Below, one piece after another: positions 13,830 through 27,540 of a stretch of DNA of 64,000 nt. Position 1 is the stretch's first letter, and every line of letters starts with the position of its first letter. This DNA is from the human T2T-CHM13v2.0 reference genome, Homo sapiens. The position numbers and the translations under genes are program-made. The notes under the pieces were generated by a model, which was given only the letters and a program-made list of their open reading frames with translations, did not search any database and was not told the origin of the DNA. The stretch is taken from assembly GCF_009914755.1 (NCBI RefSeq), contig NC_060925.1; one strand, written 5' to 3'.

Positions 13830-16234
13830 TCTATTAGCCCATTCTTGCATTGCTATAAAGAAGTACCTGAGACTGGGTAATGGATAAAGAAAAAGGGGTA
13901 TAATTGGCTCACAGTTCTGCTGGCTTTGCAAGAAGCATGGTGCTGATATCTGCTCAGCTTTTAGGGAGGCCTCAGGGAGCTTACAATCATGATAGAAGAT
14001 GAAGGTGAGCAAGACGCCACATAGTGAAAGCAGGGGCAAGCAAGGGGTCTGATCTTAAATGACCAGATCTTATAAGAACTCACTACCACAAAGACAGCAT
14101 CAAGCCATGAGGGACCCACCTCCATGATCCAAACACCTCCCACCAGGCCCTACCTCTAGCACTGGGGATTGCAATTCCACATGAGATTTGGGCAGGGACA
14201 AATATCCAAACTATATAATTCCATCCCAGATCCTCCCAAATCTTGTATTCTTCTTACATACAATCATGCCTTCCCAACAGTCTCACAAAATCTTAACTCA
14301 TTCCACATTAATTCAAAAGTACAAAGTCACATCTCAGACAAGGCAAATCCCTTCCACCTGTGAGCCTGTAAAATAAAAAACAAGTTAGCTACTTCCAAGA
14401 TACAATGAAGGTACAGGCATTGGGTAAACATTGCCATTCCAAAAGTGAGAAATTGCCAGAAAGAAAGGGGCTACAGGCCCTATGCAATTTCAAAATTTAG
14501 CAGGGCAGTCATTAAATCTTAAATGTCCAAAATAATCTCCTTTGACTCCATGCCCAACATTCAGTGCACACTGGTGCAAGGCCTTGGGCAGCTCTGCTCC
14601 TATGGCTTTGCAGAGTTCAGGTCCTGCAGCTGCTCTCACAGGCTGGAGTTGAATGACTGCCTCTCTTCAAGGTGCAGGTACAAGCTACCAGTGAATCTAC
14701 TATTCTTGGATCTGGAGGATGGTGGCCCCCTTTTCACAGCTCCACTAGGCACTGACCCAGTGGGGAAGCTGTGTGGAGTCTCCAACCTCATATTTCCCCT
14801 CCACACTGCCCTAGTAGAGGCTCTCTATGAGGTCTCTGCCCCTGCAGCAGGCTTCTGCCTGAATACGCAGTCTTTTCCGTATGTCCTCTGAAATCTAGGT
14901 GTAGGCTCTCACACTTCCTTCACTTTTGCATTCTGTATGCCTGCAGGCTTAACACTACATGGAAGCTGCCAAGGCTTATAGCTTGTGTGCTCTGAAGCAG
15001 CAGCCTGAGCTGTATCTGGGGCCCTTTGAGCAAAGCTGGAGCTGGAGTGGGTGATGCAGGCAGCAGTGTCCCAAGGCTGCCCAGGTCGTCCTAAGACTGC
15101 CTCAGGCACTGGGGCTCTGGGCCTGCCCCCACAACCATTCTTTCACCCTAGGCCTCTGGGCCTGTGATGGGAGAGGCTGCCCTGAAGGTCTCTGAAATGC
15201 CTCTGTGGCCATTTCCCCATTGTCTTCGATTATTAGCACTTAGCTCCCTTCTAGTTATGCAAATTTCTCTAGCGAGTGGTTGCTCCACAGCCAGCTTGAA
15301 TTCCTCTCCCTAAAAAGCTTTTTCTTTCTCTGCTACATGGCCAGATAATTTTCTAAATTTTACACTCTGCTTCCTATTTAATTTCCAACTTTAAGTCATT
15401 TTTTTGTTCCTGCATTGAAGTGTAGGCTGTTAGAAGCAGCTATGCCACTTCTTGAACACTTTGCTGCTTAGACATTTCTTCTGCCAGATACTCTAGATCA
15501 TCACTCTTTAGTTCAAACTTCCACAGATCCTTAGGGGATAAACAGAATGCAGCCAAGCTCTTTGCTAAAGCATAATACATGAGCTTTTGCTACAGTTCCC
15601 AATAAGTTCCTTGTTTTCATCTGAGGCCTCAAAAGCCTGGACTTCACTGTCCATATCACTATCAGCATTTTGGTCACAACCATTTAACCAGTCTATAAGA
15701 AGTTTCAAACTTTCCCTTATCTTCCTGTCTTCTGAGCCTTCCAAACTCTTCCAACCTTTGTCCATTACCCAGTTCCAAAGCTGCTTCCACATTTTCTGAT
15801 ATCTGTATGGCAATGCCCTACTCCTCAGTATGAATTTTCTGTATTAGTCCATTCTTGATTGCTATGAAGAACTATCTGAGACTGGCTAATTTATAAAGAA
15901 AAGAGGTTTAATTGGCTCACAGCTCTGCAGGCTTTACAGGAAGCATGGTGCTGACTTAGCTTCTAGGGAGGCCTCAGGAAGCTTACAGTCATGGCGAAGG
16001 GGGACCAGGCACATCACATGACAAAAGCAGGAGTAAGCAAAAGAGAGTGACGGGGAGGTGCCATACACTTTTAAATGACCAAATCTCATGAGAACTCACT
16101 ATCATGAAGACAGCACCAAGCCATGAGGAACCCACCTCCATGACCCAAACACCTCCCACCAGGCCCCACCTCCGGCATTGGGGATTACAATTCAACATGA
16201 GATTTGGGTGGGGACAAATATCCAAACTATATTA
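13830..16234 (-). mobile_element. Full-length MSTA MaLR provirus (5' LTR 15840-16234, internal 14219-15839, 3' LTR 13830-14218)
   Basis: Two homologous LTRs; MaLR internal ORF remnant WKQLWNWVMDKGWKSLEGSEDRK (15565-15813); exact TSD gcaac (13825-13829 / 16235-16239). Confidence 0.95.
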
Positions 16235-16881
16235 GCAACTGTCCATCCAGTGGAATTTTGGTGGCTTCATGGGGAAGACATTCCATCCCTCTCCTTTTCC
16301 CATACCTTCCTTCAGATGACCTACCCCATTACCTTCAAAGAATTCCACAGTCACAAAGTTATTCCTTAGGCATAAGACTCTTTGTCTCCTGGAAAACAGA
16401 GAATCTCTGGAAGGGATGGTCTAGGTCTTATGAGAGTCAGGGAGAATTGGTGTATGCAATCCTCTGCTGGGGGCAGGCTTATATGAGAATAAAAGAAGAG
16501 GAAGCCACTGTGAGGATGTTCAGAGGAGAGGGTAGAGAAGATGGTGGTGAAAGGGGAACAGTAGGACCAAGGAGCAAAGACAACCAATAATTTGGGGATT
16601 TCAGAAACTCTGACATCCTGTCCTTTATAATTCTGGAGGTGCTGCTGAGCCCTGCTGCCTGCTCTGGAGTTTCTTGGCATTTGCTTTGCCTGTTTGCTCA
16701 TTTACTATCAGCAAAGTAGCTGGACATTTCACCAGTTATCAAGGACTGTGCTAGGTCGGGCAGCACCAGGGGCTACGGACACACAGACAGCCTCAGCTGC
16801 AAGGGCCAAACATCGTCACTCCAGAGAGGAGGTCAAGCTCCAAGCTGGCCTCACCTGTGGCTGCCTGAAGACTGGGAAATG

Positions 16882-17102
16882 CACAGGCTTTCCAGTGAGA
16901 CAAAGCTGAGTTCAAACCTGGCCCTGTTCCTCTAGCTGTGTGGCCATGGACATTGATTACCCTTTCTGAAGCATAGCTTTACCAATTGTAAAGTGAAGAT
17001 CATCATACCCAACCCAGAGGGTTGTTAGGAGAAAAAATGAAAGAAGCTTTGTAGCATACCTAATGCAGGGTCTGGATCACAGCAATTGCTGAAAAACAGT
17101 TG
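16882..17102 (+). mobile_element. MIR (MIRb-like)
   Basis: ctgagttcaaacct...ctagctgtgtggcc...tgtaaagtgaagat...agggttgttaggag. Confidence 0.75.
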
Positions 17103-17684
17103 TCCCCTTCCCCTTCCCTCTTGGCTCTGTCTTCTGCATTTCATTAGTCAGATCTCTGCGGTTTTCCTAGAACATCTCTAACTGCAAACCACCAACTACT
17201 AAAAACTCTCAAGGAGGGGTAAAATGGATAATAGGAATTTCTAGTGACATAAAAGTGATATCATGTTTGTATGTGTAACTATCAATCAATTTCAGAGAAA
17301 AGCAGGCTTGCATATCTGAGCAGACACCACCAGCTTTCTTCTGCTTCTGCAGATTGAATTTTATTTTATTAAGAGCAGAACAATGGGCCTGATTTTCCTC
17401 TTTGGATACTAAAGAAGACAAATTAGTCAAAAGGAAATTCAGCTGAAACTGTATTTAGTGTTTGAGATCCTAAGCCCCGAGACGGAGCCTCTGTGTGACC
17501 TTGAGGAGCTGCGTGCATGCTCACTGCTGGATCCCAGCATGATGTGGCCATGTCTGGGTCAGGAGCACAGGAGGCTCAAGGCCAGTCCAGGGCCTGGTCA
17601 ACAGAGCAGCACACGCAAAATCAAAGTGACCCTGGGCCTTGATGAGGGACACGCTGCCTTCCTGAGCAGTGCATGCTGCATGAG

Positions 17685-18279
17685 TGTAACTGATTACCAC
17701 ATTTTTAAAAGAAAAAAATGGATTTTCTTAACCTTTTTCCTTTTCCCCCACCTCCTACTTAGCTCTTTAGGAATGCAATTATAACCTTTACCTTCTCTCC
17801 ACCAGACACTCCCTACACGGCAAGCTTATCTAACTATGTGTTTACTTAGAAGTTCTGGAGGCTGAACCTTGAAACACAGCAGGCACTTCTGGAACTCTCT
17901 CTAGCCAGGAGATTGCCTCAAGATAACAGTTAATTTACAACCTAAATTTTGCCCTAGATAAAATTAAAATTGTCAATTTACAACAGGGCCCTGCCCACAA
18001 TGGTGCTAGCCAGACCACTTGATAGATAAGACCCAGGAAGCAAGTCACATGGGCCCCACACCTCCTCCCCTACCTCCTACATGAGGTTGACTCCAAGTCC
18101 CCCTTTAAAAGCCCCTGCTTTCTGCCCTGAAAGCTGAAGTAATACCCTTAAGGCAGGAGCCTGTACTTCTTCCTCTCAGCTAAGCTCTGGAATAAAAGTC
18201 ACTTTCTTTCCGCCAGAACTCCTTATTAATTGGACTCTACCAGCCATGAGCAGCCGGATCCGTGGGACTCACTGTCACA
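17685..18279 (+). mobile_element. ERV1 solo LTR, MER50-like (3' end approximate)
   Basis: tgtaac start; ccagacactccctac..gcaag..atctaactatgtg; TATA-like tttaaaa; aataaaagtcactttc. Confidence 0.65.
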
Positions 18280-18413
18280 ACTGGTTGTGGGGACCGTCCC
18301 CCACACTGGCAAGTTCAAGTCAACAAACTATGCTAGGCAGTGTTAAAGGTAGAGGGCGAAAAGGGACTATAACATGGTCTCCACCCTCCTGAAATATTAA
18401 ACACAAGCTAGGT

Positions 18414-18520
18414 CAGGGATTCTTAATCTTTTTGGTGTCATTGGAAATCAGAAGTATAGACCCCTTCTCAGAATAATGTTTTTAAATGTGTGAAATGAAA
18501 TGAGATCACAATTGAAACCA
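18414..18520 (+). mobile_element. hAT-Charlie fragment (Charlie4-like)
   Basis: cagggattcttaatcttt...gaccccttctcagaataatgtttttaaatg. Confidence 0.6.
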
Positions 18521-18827
18521 ACTCGAATGGAGCACACGAGGTCTCATGCACACATGGAGGGAAGTATTATTGCTAATTTAGAGGTATGAGCAGATCATAA
18601 TGGTCAGGGGGTGTCTGAAAACTTTATGGAGGAGCCGTTAAAGACTTCTACACACAGAAATGGGGGAAGGCATTTCATGCACAGGGAACAGCATGAGCAA
18701 TCGTTTGGAAACAAGGGCGTGCAGATGCATTAAAGGGAACAGAATAATCAAGTGAGGCTGGGGCTTTGCAGGAAGCACCCAGTGCTTGTACCTGGGTCCT
18801 CTCTCTGTCTCTTAGAATCCTAGCCAA

Positions 18828-19281
18828 TGTGAAAGGAAAATAAATCTTGGGGTCCCCAAATCACTAAGCTAAAGGGAAAAGTCAAACTGGGAACTGCTTA
18901 GAGCCAACCTGCCTCCCATTCTATTCAAAGTCTCCCCTATGCTCACTGAGATAAATGCATATCTGATTGCTTCCTTTGGAGAGGCTAATCAGAAACTCAA
19001 AAGAACGTAACCATTTGTCTCTTATCTACCTATGACCTGGAAGCCCCCTCCCCAATTTTGCTTCAAGTTGTCCCGCCTTTCCAGACCGAGCCAATGCTCA
19101 TCTTACGTATGTTGATTGATCTCATGTCTCCCTACGATGTATAAAACCAAACTGTGCTCTGACCACCTTGGCACATGCCATCAGGACCTCCTGAGGCTGT
19201 ACCATGGGCACGTGTCCTCAACTTTGGCAAAGTAAACTTTCTAAATTAACTGAGACATGCCTCAGATTTTCGGGGTTCACA
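18828..19281 (+). mobile_element. MER4A1-type ERV1 solo LTR
   Basis: tgtgaaaggaaaataaatcttgggg...tcactaagctaaagggaaaagtc...ggggttcaca; flanks ccaa / ccgg. Confidence 0.88.
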
Positions 19282-19667
19282 CCGGTAACAGATATGGACT
19301 GAGTTTGCACCTGAATTGCCCATGCTTCTGTCAGTCAGGCCACTGGCAATGGAAAAGTGAGCCCCTGGCATCTGTCCACTCAGCAGTGATCTGCTAGGAA
19401 GGTCAGAAAAGCAGGTGGGCGTGAGGGAGGCAAAAAGGAGCCCGGGAAGAGGGTGCTTCACAGTAGCTCTGTTTTGCCCCAGGAGGACAGCTGCTCTGGG
19501 AGTTGGACCTGCAGGGGGAGACACCATCAGCCACTGACAACCCACCTAGGCAATGCTCACTCCTCTGCCAGCCACTCTGTTACTCTGTTGGGACAAATTT
19601 CTGGCAGAATTGTCCTCAGGAAAAAATTTAATTAGACATTTATTACATGAGCATGTCAGCCCTGTGG

Positions 19668-19693
19668 TTTTTTTTTTTTTTTTTTTTTTTTTT
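19668..19693. repeat. poly(T)26
   Basis: Pure T run. Confidence 0.95.
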
Positions 19694-19984
19694 GGTTCTA
19701 GAGGACACCCGGCTCAAACCCCTGATTAAATTTGTGCCTAAATTGGGGCCATCCTAGAATCCAGGCCCAGAGTGACCACAGGCCTGGTGGGAGGTGGGCC
19801 TACCAGGCTTATGGAGCTGGCTGGGGAAAATGTGCCTCAAAGGCAGGAGTCCAGCACACCCGTTTGGTCCAGACACAATGGCCCAGTCAGCAGGAGAGGG
19901 TGATTTTGACATCTTCCCTTAGGTGGGCCTCTGAGGCCAGGCAGAGGGGCTGCAGTCAAAAGAGCAGGCAAGAGCAGCCACAGC

Positions 19985-20155
19985 AATAGCTCACGTTTAT
20001 GAAGCACGCATGCAGCACTCGGCACTGTGCTGATCACTCTTCATGCACTCAGTCATTCAATCGGTAACCCTGCCAGCTATGGACTGGTGAGATCTCCCTT
20101 TTTCAGATAAGAAGACAAGCTTAGAGGGATTAAGCTGCTTGTGCAGAGCCAGGTC
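19985..20155 (-). mobile_element. MIR
   Basis: aatagctcacgtttat...ggcactgtgct...ttttcagataagaagacaagcttagagggattaag. Confidence 0.7.
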
Positions 20156-20228
20156 ACTGCCTGCCCCCCTCTGCCGGACTCCAAACATCAGTAGACATGA
20201 GTACGGGAAAATAAAATATAAAGAAACT

Positions 20229-20520
20229 GGCCAGGTGCAGTGGCTCATTCCTGTAATTCCAGCACTTTGGGAGGCCAAGGCAGGCGGATCACTTGAGCCC
20301 CAGAGTTTGAGACCAGGAACATGGCAAAACTCTGTCTCTACTAAAAATACAAAAATTAGCTGGGTGTGGTGGTGCGCACCTGTGGTCCTAGCTACTCAGG
20401 AGGCTGACGTAGGAGGATTGCTTAAGCCCAAGAGATCGAGGCTGCAGTGAGCTGTGATCACGACACTGCACTCCAGCTTGGGGGACAGAGTGAGACCCTG
20501 TCTCAAAAAATAAAAATAAT
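20229..20520 (+). mobile_element. AluJ
   Basis: ggaggattgcttaagccca..gaggctgcagtgagctgtgatc; TSD aaaat(a/g)taaagaaac. Confidence 0.93.
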
Positions 20521-20929
20521 AAAATGTAAAGAAACAAAATACAAAACAGGAATGTCACCGAAGCCAGTAGCTTCTAGTGGTCAGGTTTTGCAGTGAGGGA
20601 AGAAGTCAGGACTCTGGTAGCCTTGGTCAAGGCAAAAGGTGACCACCTTGGACTCTGAGCACTGGCAGCAGTAACCAGGTGCTCCCCACAGTTCATCTGA
20701 GCATGGAGAAGGGACCATGCAGATGCCTCCCAGCAGCCGAGAGGAAGCATCTGCACCTGCCGTCTGCAGGCCATTTGAGACACCACCAAAGGACTTCTAG
20801 GACCGCATGGGAACTTATGCTGTCTAAGCCCTCCTATAATCAAAGATGTATGTATTGGAGAAAGCTTGTAGGTGTAGGGGAAAGGTCATGTAAGGCTGCT
20901 TGAATCAGGTGGGAGTGATTTCCAGTAGA

Positions 20930-21075
20930 TCGCTGAATCTGAGTCTGTTCTCTCACCTATAAAAGGAGCATAATAATGTTGACTTCACCTGTTGGCTCTA
21001 AGGATGAAACAAAGTGACATAAATAAAGCAGTCCAGTATGAGGCTTGACAAACCATAGGTGTTCAATAAATATAC
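20930..21075 (+). mobile_element. MIR
   Basis: ctctcacctataaaaggagcataataa...ataggtgttcaataaat. Confidence 0.6.
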
Positions 21076-21880
21076 GTTTTCCTCCCTTCTCCTTCAGAAG
21101 AATTTTTAGAGGCTGTGTAGGCTTTTTGAAGCTTTATGTAAATTTATGTGAAGTGACATTCAGTGAAATCACTCATCTGTATGATCCCTTTAATCCTACC
21201 TGCAGCTTCAGTAAAATTGAAATTTAAATCATGCATTTTATTTAATGGCACAACTTAGATGCCTGGGGGGGTGTGGGGAAGGAGAGAGAGGAAAGAAAAA
21301 ACCTATGTTAGAAAGAAAAGACCTTGGCACTAAAAATAACTATTCCAGGGGTGAAAGAGCTTTTGTTAAATGGACTCTTATCTTTTTTTAAAAAAATGTC
21401 AAATTTAAATCCAAAGATTTAGATTCAAATCAGGCTTTGAAAAAACAGAGGGCCTCCATGTGAAGTTTGCCCTTTCAAATTAAAATCCATTCTTTTTGTC
21501 TTGTGATTTTTTTCCCTGCTATTTCTCACTCATCTTACTTTTTTAGTTGGTCTTGTCTTACTACATGAATACATTAAAGGCTATGTATAATGATAAATAC
21601 TACAAAGCAGAATCAGTGGACAATTCTGGAAACATTATTTTGGGCTTTAGATTTTAAGCACTAAAAAAAGATGCCCATCCACATTTTTTAAAAAGCAGGT
21701 TTTAAAAAACTGACAATGAATTTAATGTATTAAAAATACTTACTGTAAAAAGATAAAAATTATAGAAAACTATAAAGAAGAAAGTAAAATTGTCCCAAAT
21801 TCTACTACTCAGTGATCGCCAAATTTTATAAATTTGTAAAAGCTTTTTGTATATTGAGGATATTAACCATATGCAGGTTT

Positions 21881-21912
<32 letters not shown>

Positions 21913-21915
21913 CGC

Positions 21916-21956
<41 letters not shown>

Positions 21957-21957
21957 T
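21881..21957. repeat. Compound (TA)n(TG)n-CGC-(AT)n microsatellite
   Basis: Read directly from the sequence. Confidence 0.95.
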
Positions 21958-22049
21958 TCATAATGTGTCCTCTATCATTCAAACTTTTAAATGGTACATA
22001 GTTTTTTGGTGAGAAGATTTAATTTTTATATTGCAAGATGTACCAATAA

Positions 22050-22358
<309 letters not shown>

Positions 22359-22802
22359 TTTACCAGTACTTTCTATCTAAATTTTTTTGTTAGAAAGGTT
22401 TTTCCATCCAAAAATTATGAAAAATTTCACTTATTTTTCTACTACTTTCACAGTTTCATTTTTACATACACTTTTGGTGATAATTCTGGATTTTACTTTG
22501 ATATAAAAATTAAGGCTTGGATCCAGGCTTACTTCTTCCAAATGGCTAGCCAGTGTTTTTCACCATCATTTCTTGAATTGCCTCTGTTTCTGTACTGATT
22601 TGAAATGTTACTTCTCTAATGTACCTATACTTGGCACTATACGAGTGTTACAGTCTCTTCCATGATCTGTTCATCTAATTTCATTGCTTTGGTGACTAGG
22701 ACTTTTTAAGACATTTTAAATATCTGACAAGCAGTTGTGCATACTATTTTTGGGGAAAAATCAACATTTTTAATGAACAAAGCACTTTATAAAACAACAT
22801 TT

Positions 22803-23060
22803 AAGAAGTCAAAAATAACAGATGCTGGTGAGGTTGTGAAGAAAAAGAAACACTTATACACTTACACACTGTTGGTGGGAGTGTAAATTAGTCCAACCAT
22901 AGTGGAAAGCAAATCCTTTTGGGATGATATGAACATTCTAAAATCGGATTGAGGTGATGGGAAAACTGTGTGAATTTACTAAAATTATTGAATTGTACAT
23001 GTAAAAAGTGATAAATTTGTGGTAAATAAATTTACCTCAATAAAGCTGGTTTATAATACC
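22803..23060 (+). mobile_element. L1 fragments (L1PB-like ORF2 end abutting an L1MB/ME-like 3' end)
   Basis: aacagatgctggtgaggttgtg...gggagtgtaaattag; then ...tacctcaataaagctg. Confidence 0.65.
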
Positions 23061-23093
23061 AAAAAATATTTAAAAATCAAATACTGTATACAT

Positions 23094-23229
23094 GAAGAAA
23101 GAGAGAGAGGGAGAGAGGGAGGAAGAGAGGAAGGAAGAGAGGAAGTGAGGGAGGAAGGAGGGAAAAGAAAGGGAAGAGAAAGGAAGGGAGAAAGAAGGGA
23201 GAGAATAAAAAGGGGGAAAGGAGAAAGAA
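23094..23229. repeat. GA-rich polypurine tract
   Basis: gagg/gaag units. Confidence 0.9.
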
Positions 23230-23933
23230 TATTTCTTTTTGTATGATTAAAGCAATGAATGTTGAAAAGACTGCCTTTAGCTATTCTATATCAGAATTAC
23301 TAAACGAAACTAGCTCAAAGCAAAATCAAAACAAGGGAAGAAAGACAAAAGTCGTGTAAGTTGAAATATAATGTTGAGAAATTACCACAATTCTTTCCAG
23401 AAGAAAATTGTCACCTCTGAAAATGAAGGATCCAAGTCTCTGTAAGAGTGGAAGATAAACAAATAAATAAGATTACACCACAAAGGAGAGTCATTTAAGA
23501 AGTCAGTCTCTTTCCCGGGGTCTCACACCCGGGTATCTCTGGACTGATGGCACTTCTATTGCTCCTTGCCCAGCCCTGGATGTGTGAATGGAAATCTCAT
23601 TCTGTGCAGCTGCCTGTGGAAAGCCTCACAGCACTGCAGGGCCCACGTGGAGCGGGTCACCTCCAGCCCACACCAGGGAGATCTGAGCTTGCGCAAGCTC
23701 CTAGAAGCTAACTGCATCCAGCCCTGATCCCTGAGGTGTGGGAAACAGCCAAGAGTTAAGACAGGCCTGCGTTCTTTTAGCGTGGCCAGACAGCATTGAA
23801 CTCCGTATTTGAATAATTAACTCAGCAAGCAACCTCCCAAATCAGCCTTGAACGCTATTTTATCTTCTCAAATAATGAGTGATAATCTTTCCTCTCTAAC
23901 TCATTTACTTCTAACTCAAAAATGTCAAAACTG

Positions 23934-24226
23934 GGCCCGGCGCAGCGGCTCACGCCTGTAATCCCAACACTTTGGGAGGCCAAGGTGGGTGGATTATGAG
24001 GTCAGGAGTTTGAGACCAGCCTGGCCAATAAAGTGAAACCCTGTCTCTACTAAAAATACAAAAATTAGCCAGGCATGGTGGTGTGTGCCTGTAATCCCAG
24101 CTACTCAGGAGGCTGAGGCAAAGAATCGCTTGAACCTGGGAGGCAGATGTTGCAGTGAGCCGAGATCATGCCACGCACTCCAGCCTGGGCGACAGAGCAA
24201 GACTCTGTCTCAAAAAAAAAAAAAAA
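23934..24226 (+). mobile_element. AluS (Sg-like)
   Basis: Full dimer; TSD gtcaaaactg. Confidence 0.94.
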
Positions 24227-24764
24227 GAGTCAAAACTGAATGCAACGTTTTCCCTCTGTGTGAAATGGAAAGGCTTCATAGGGGGTGTTTGGATGCCAAT
24301 GAGGTCTCTTGTTGGGGACATGCTCTTGATTCCCTGGCAGTTGTTAAGAGGAAGATGTGCTGATGGAAAGAGCTTCCCATTTGAATTCTAAAGACCTGTG
24401 TCTACACCCTCGTGGACATGACAGGCTAGTAGGAAAGACAGATGGTAAGTGAGTAACTAGAGATGAGACGGGAGCTAAATTACTGAGGGAGGTACAAGGT
24501 CCTGGAAAGCATACAATTTTATAGAAATCAAAAGCGTGCAAATGGCAAAAAGTTCTACATGAATAGACGACAAACTGTTAACAACTATCTATGAGGTAGA
24601 ATAACAAAGGCCTTTAACTCTCTCAGGTATATATTTATGTATTATTTAAATGTTTTACAACCAGAGTATACTACTTTTGTACTTATTAAAAAAAGACATC
24701 AAAAATTAAATTAATTTTTAAAAAGAGTTTACAGGTTCTTAAGAATATGAAACTATTGGATTTT

Positions 24765-25062
24765 TTTTCTTTTTTTTTTTTTTGAGATGGAGTCTCACTC
24801 TGTTGCCCAGGCTGGAGTGCAGTGGCGCTATCTCAGCTCATTGCAACCTCTGCCTCTCAGGTTCAAGCAATTCTCTGCCTCAGCCTCCCGAGTAGCTGGG
24901 ACTACAGGCGCGTGCCGCCACACCTGGCTGATTTTTGTATTTTTAGTAGAGACGGGGTTTCACCATGTTGGCCAGGCTGGTCTCGAACTCCTGACCTCAT
25001 GATCCACCCGCCTTGGCCTCCCAAAGTGCTGGGATTACAGGCGTGAGCCACCACGCCCGGAC
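24765..25062 (-). mobile_element. AluS
   Basis: Exact 17-bp TSD tgaaactattggatttt (24748-24764 / 25064-25080). Confidence 0.95.
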
Positions 25063-25066
25063 TTGA

Positions 25067-25709
<643 letters not shown>

Positions 25710-26760
25710 TGATTTTGAACATGGACTTTCATATTGTAATTTATTTTTTGCTGTGGTGACTTGAGGAAGGTAAAATGAAGCATTTCAGCAGGAACCATGA
25801 GTGGGCAGCCCATAGTTTAAGATCTGCTCATCTACAACAGCAAATGTGAGTCTTCCCTTAAGCAGCAAGGGTAGCCCTGTGGATTGAAGTGTCCACTGAA
25901 AACCTCATGACACCTTTCCACACAGTCCTGAACCAAGACTGGTGAGGCCTGACACAGCAGGAATAACAAGAAGTTAAATAGAGCCAGTAAGGAGAGGGCA
26001 TTGATGAAGCAGGCAATGGAACACAAACCAAATGGCCATTTTCCATGGAGAACTGGTGCCAACTTAGAGGGAATGACTTGGAGCCTCCTTCCCTGTTCAG
26101 TAAACATCTTTTCTTTATTGGTAGCAAAGTTCTGCAAGGTCACCACCGTGTGCAATGCAGAGCTCTTCACATCCTCCCTTCCCAGTCAGTGCCCGCTGCC
26201 CACGGTCAGCTTTTGTCAAAGGCGTGGTGGAGTTCGCAAGCCGCAGCTCTTTGTTTTAAAATGAGTAAGCCAGGGCTTTCCCCCTCCTTCGTTTTCTTTT
26301 CCTGGCTCTGAATAGGTCTGTTCGTACACAGCAGATGGCTTTCTGACGAGGCCCAAATTCATCCAGTCTTTGGGGAAAAAAAACTACAGCAAGAGGGACT
26401 GTTATTCCAATCTGATAAAGTTTTCTATTTTCAGTTAGAAAAATGAGTCTCCGTAAGTAGAAAAGGAAAAAAAATAATAAGAAAGTGAAAGGAACAAAAG
26501 CAGTCGATACTTCACATGAGAGATGGATTTGGGGAGTTTTCAATTATGTAGATCCTATGTATCTCCAGACACCATTCTCGCCTATGGCTCAGAAGCTCCA
26601 GGGAAGACAGCTCCAGACAGTAAAGGCCTGCGTGTAAAACACACACAAGGAGGTGAAGGTGGGAAGGTCATACGCCAGCTTCCAGACAGTGGCTGTCTTT
26701 GGGGAGCGCTGGAAGGGATCAGAAACAAGAAGAGCTTAAAAGGGGGTTTCAACTTCTTAA

Positions 26761-26979
<219 letters not shown>

Positions 26980-26999
26980 TAGTAGTGGGTACCTGGGCA

Positions 27000-27540
27000 T
27001 TGTTGGTTGTGAAGAGCAAGGACTATGGAACCACACTGCTAGGGTTAGGATACCAGCTCTGCTATTTACAAGTTGTATAACCTTAGCAAGTTACCCAACT
27101 CTGTGCCTCAATTTTCTCATCTTTAAAATGGGGATAATAATAGAAGATATTGTATGGGGCTATGGTAAAGATCAAATGACCTCACTTATTCATTCTATAA
27201 GTATTCCTGAGGGCCACTATGTACCAGGTACTGTCCTAGGTGCCAGGGATATAGCAATGATCAAAGCCCACAAAGATCTCTGTTCTGAGAGAGCATATAT
27301 TCTGGAGAGAGAGAGCAATAAGAAGCTAGATAATGAAAAACAGCATGTTAGATAGAGATGAACAATAAGGAGAAAAAATAAAGCAAAGATAAGATGGGTC
27401 AAAGAGGCTGGCATTTTAGGGAGGGTGGCCAGGGAATGCCTCATTGAGAAGGTGACATTATGACATCTGAGTAAGGCTTGAAGGAGGTAATATTTACTAC
27501 AAAGCTCCTAGAAGAGTGCCTGGCACTCAATAAATGTTAG
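27000..27540. mobile_element. MIR (+) interrupted by an L2a 3' fragment (-, about 27181-27490)
   Basis: MIR core ctgtgcctcaattttctcatctttaaaatggggataata; L2 cactatgtaccaggtactgtcctaggtgc; MIR tail agtgcctggcactcaataaatgttag. Confidence 0.75.
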
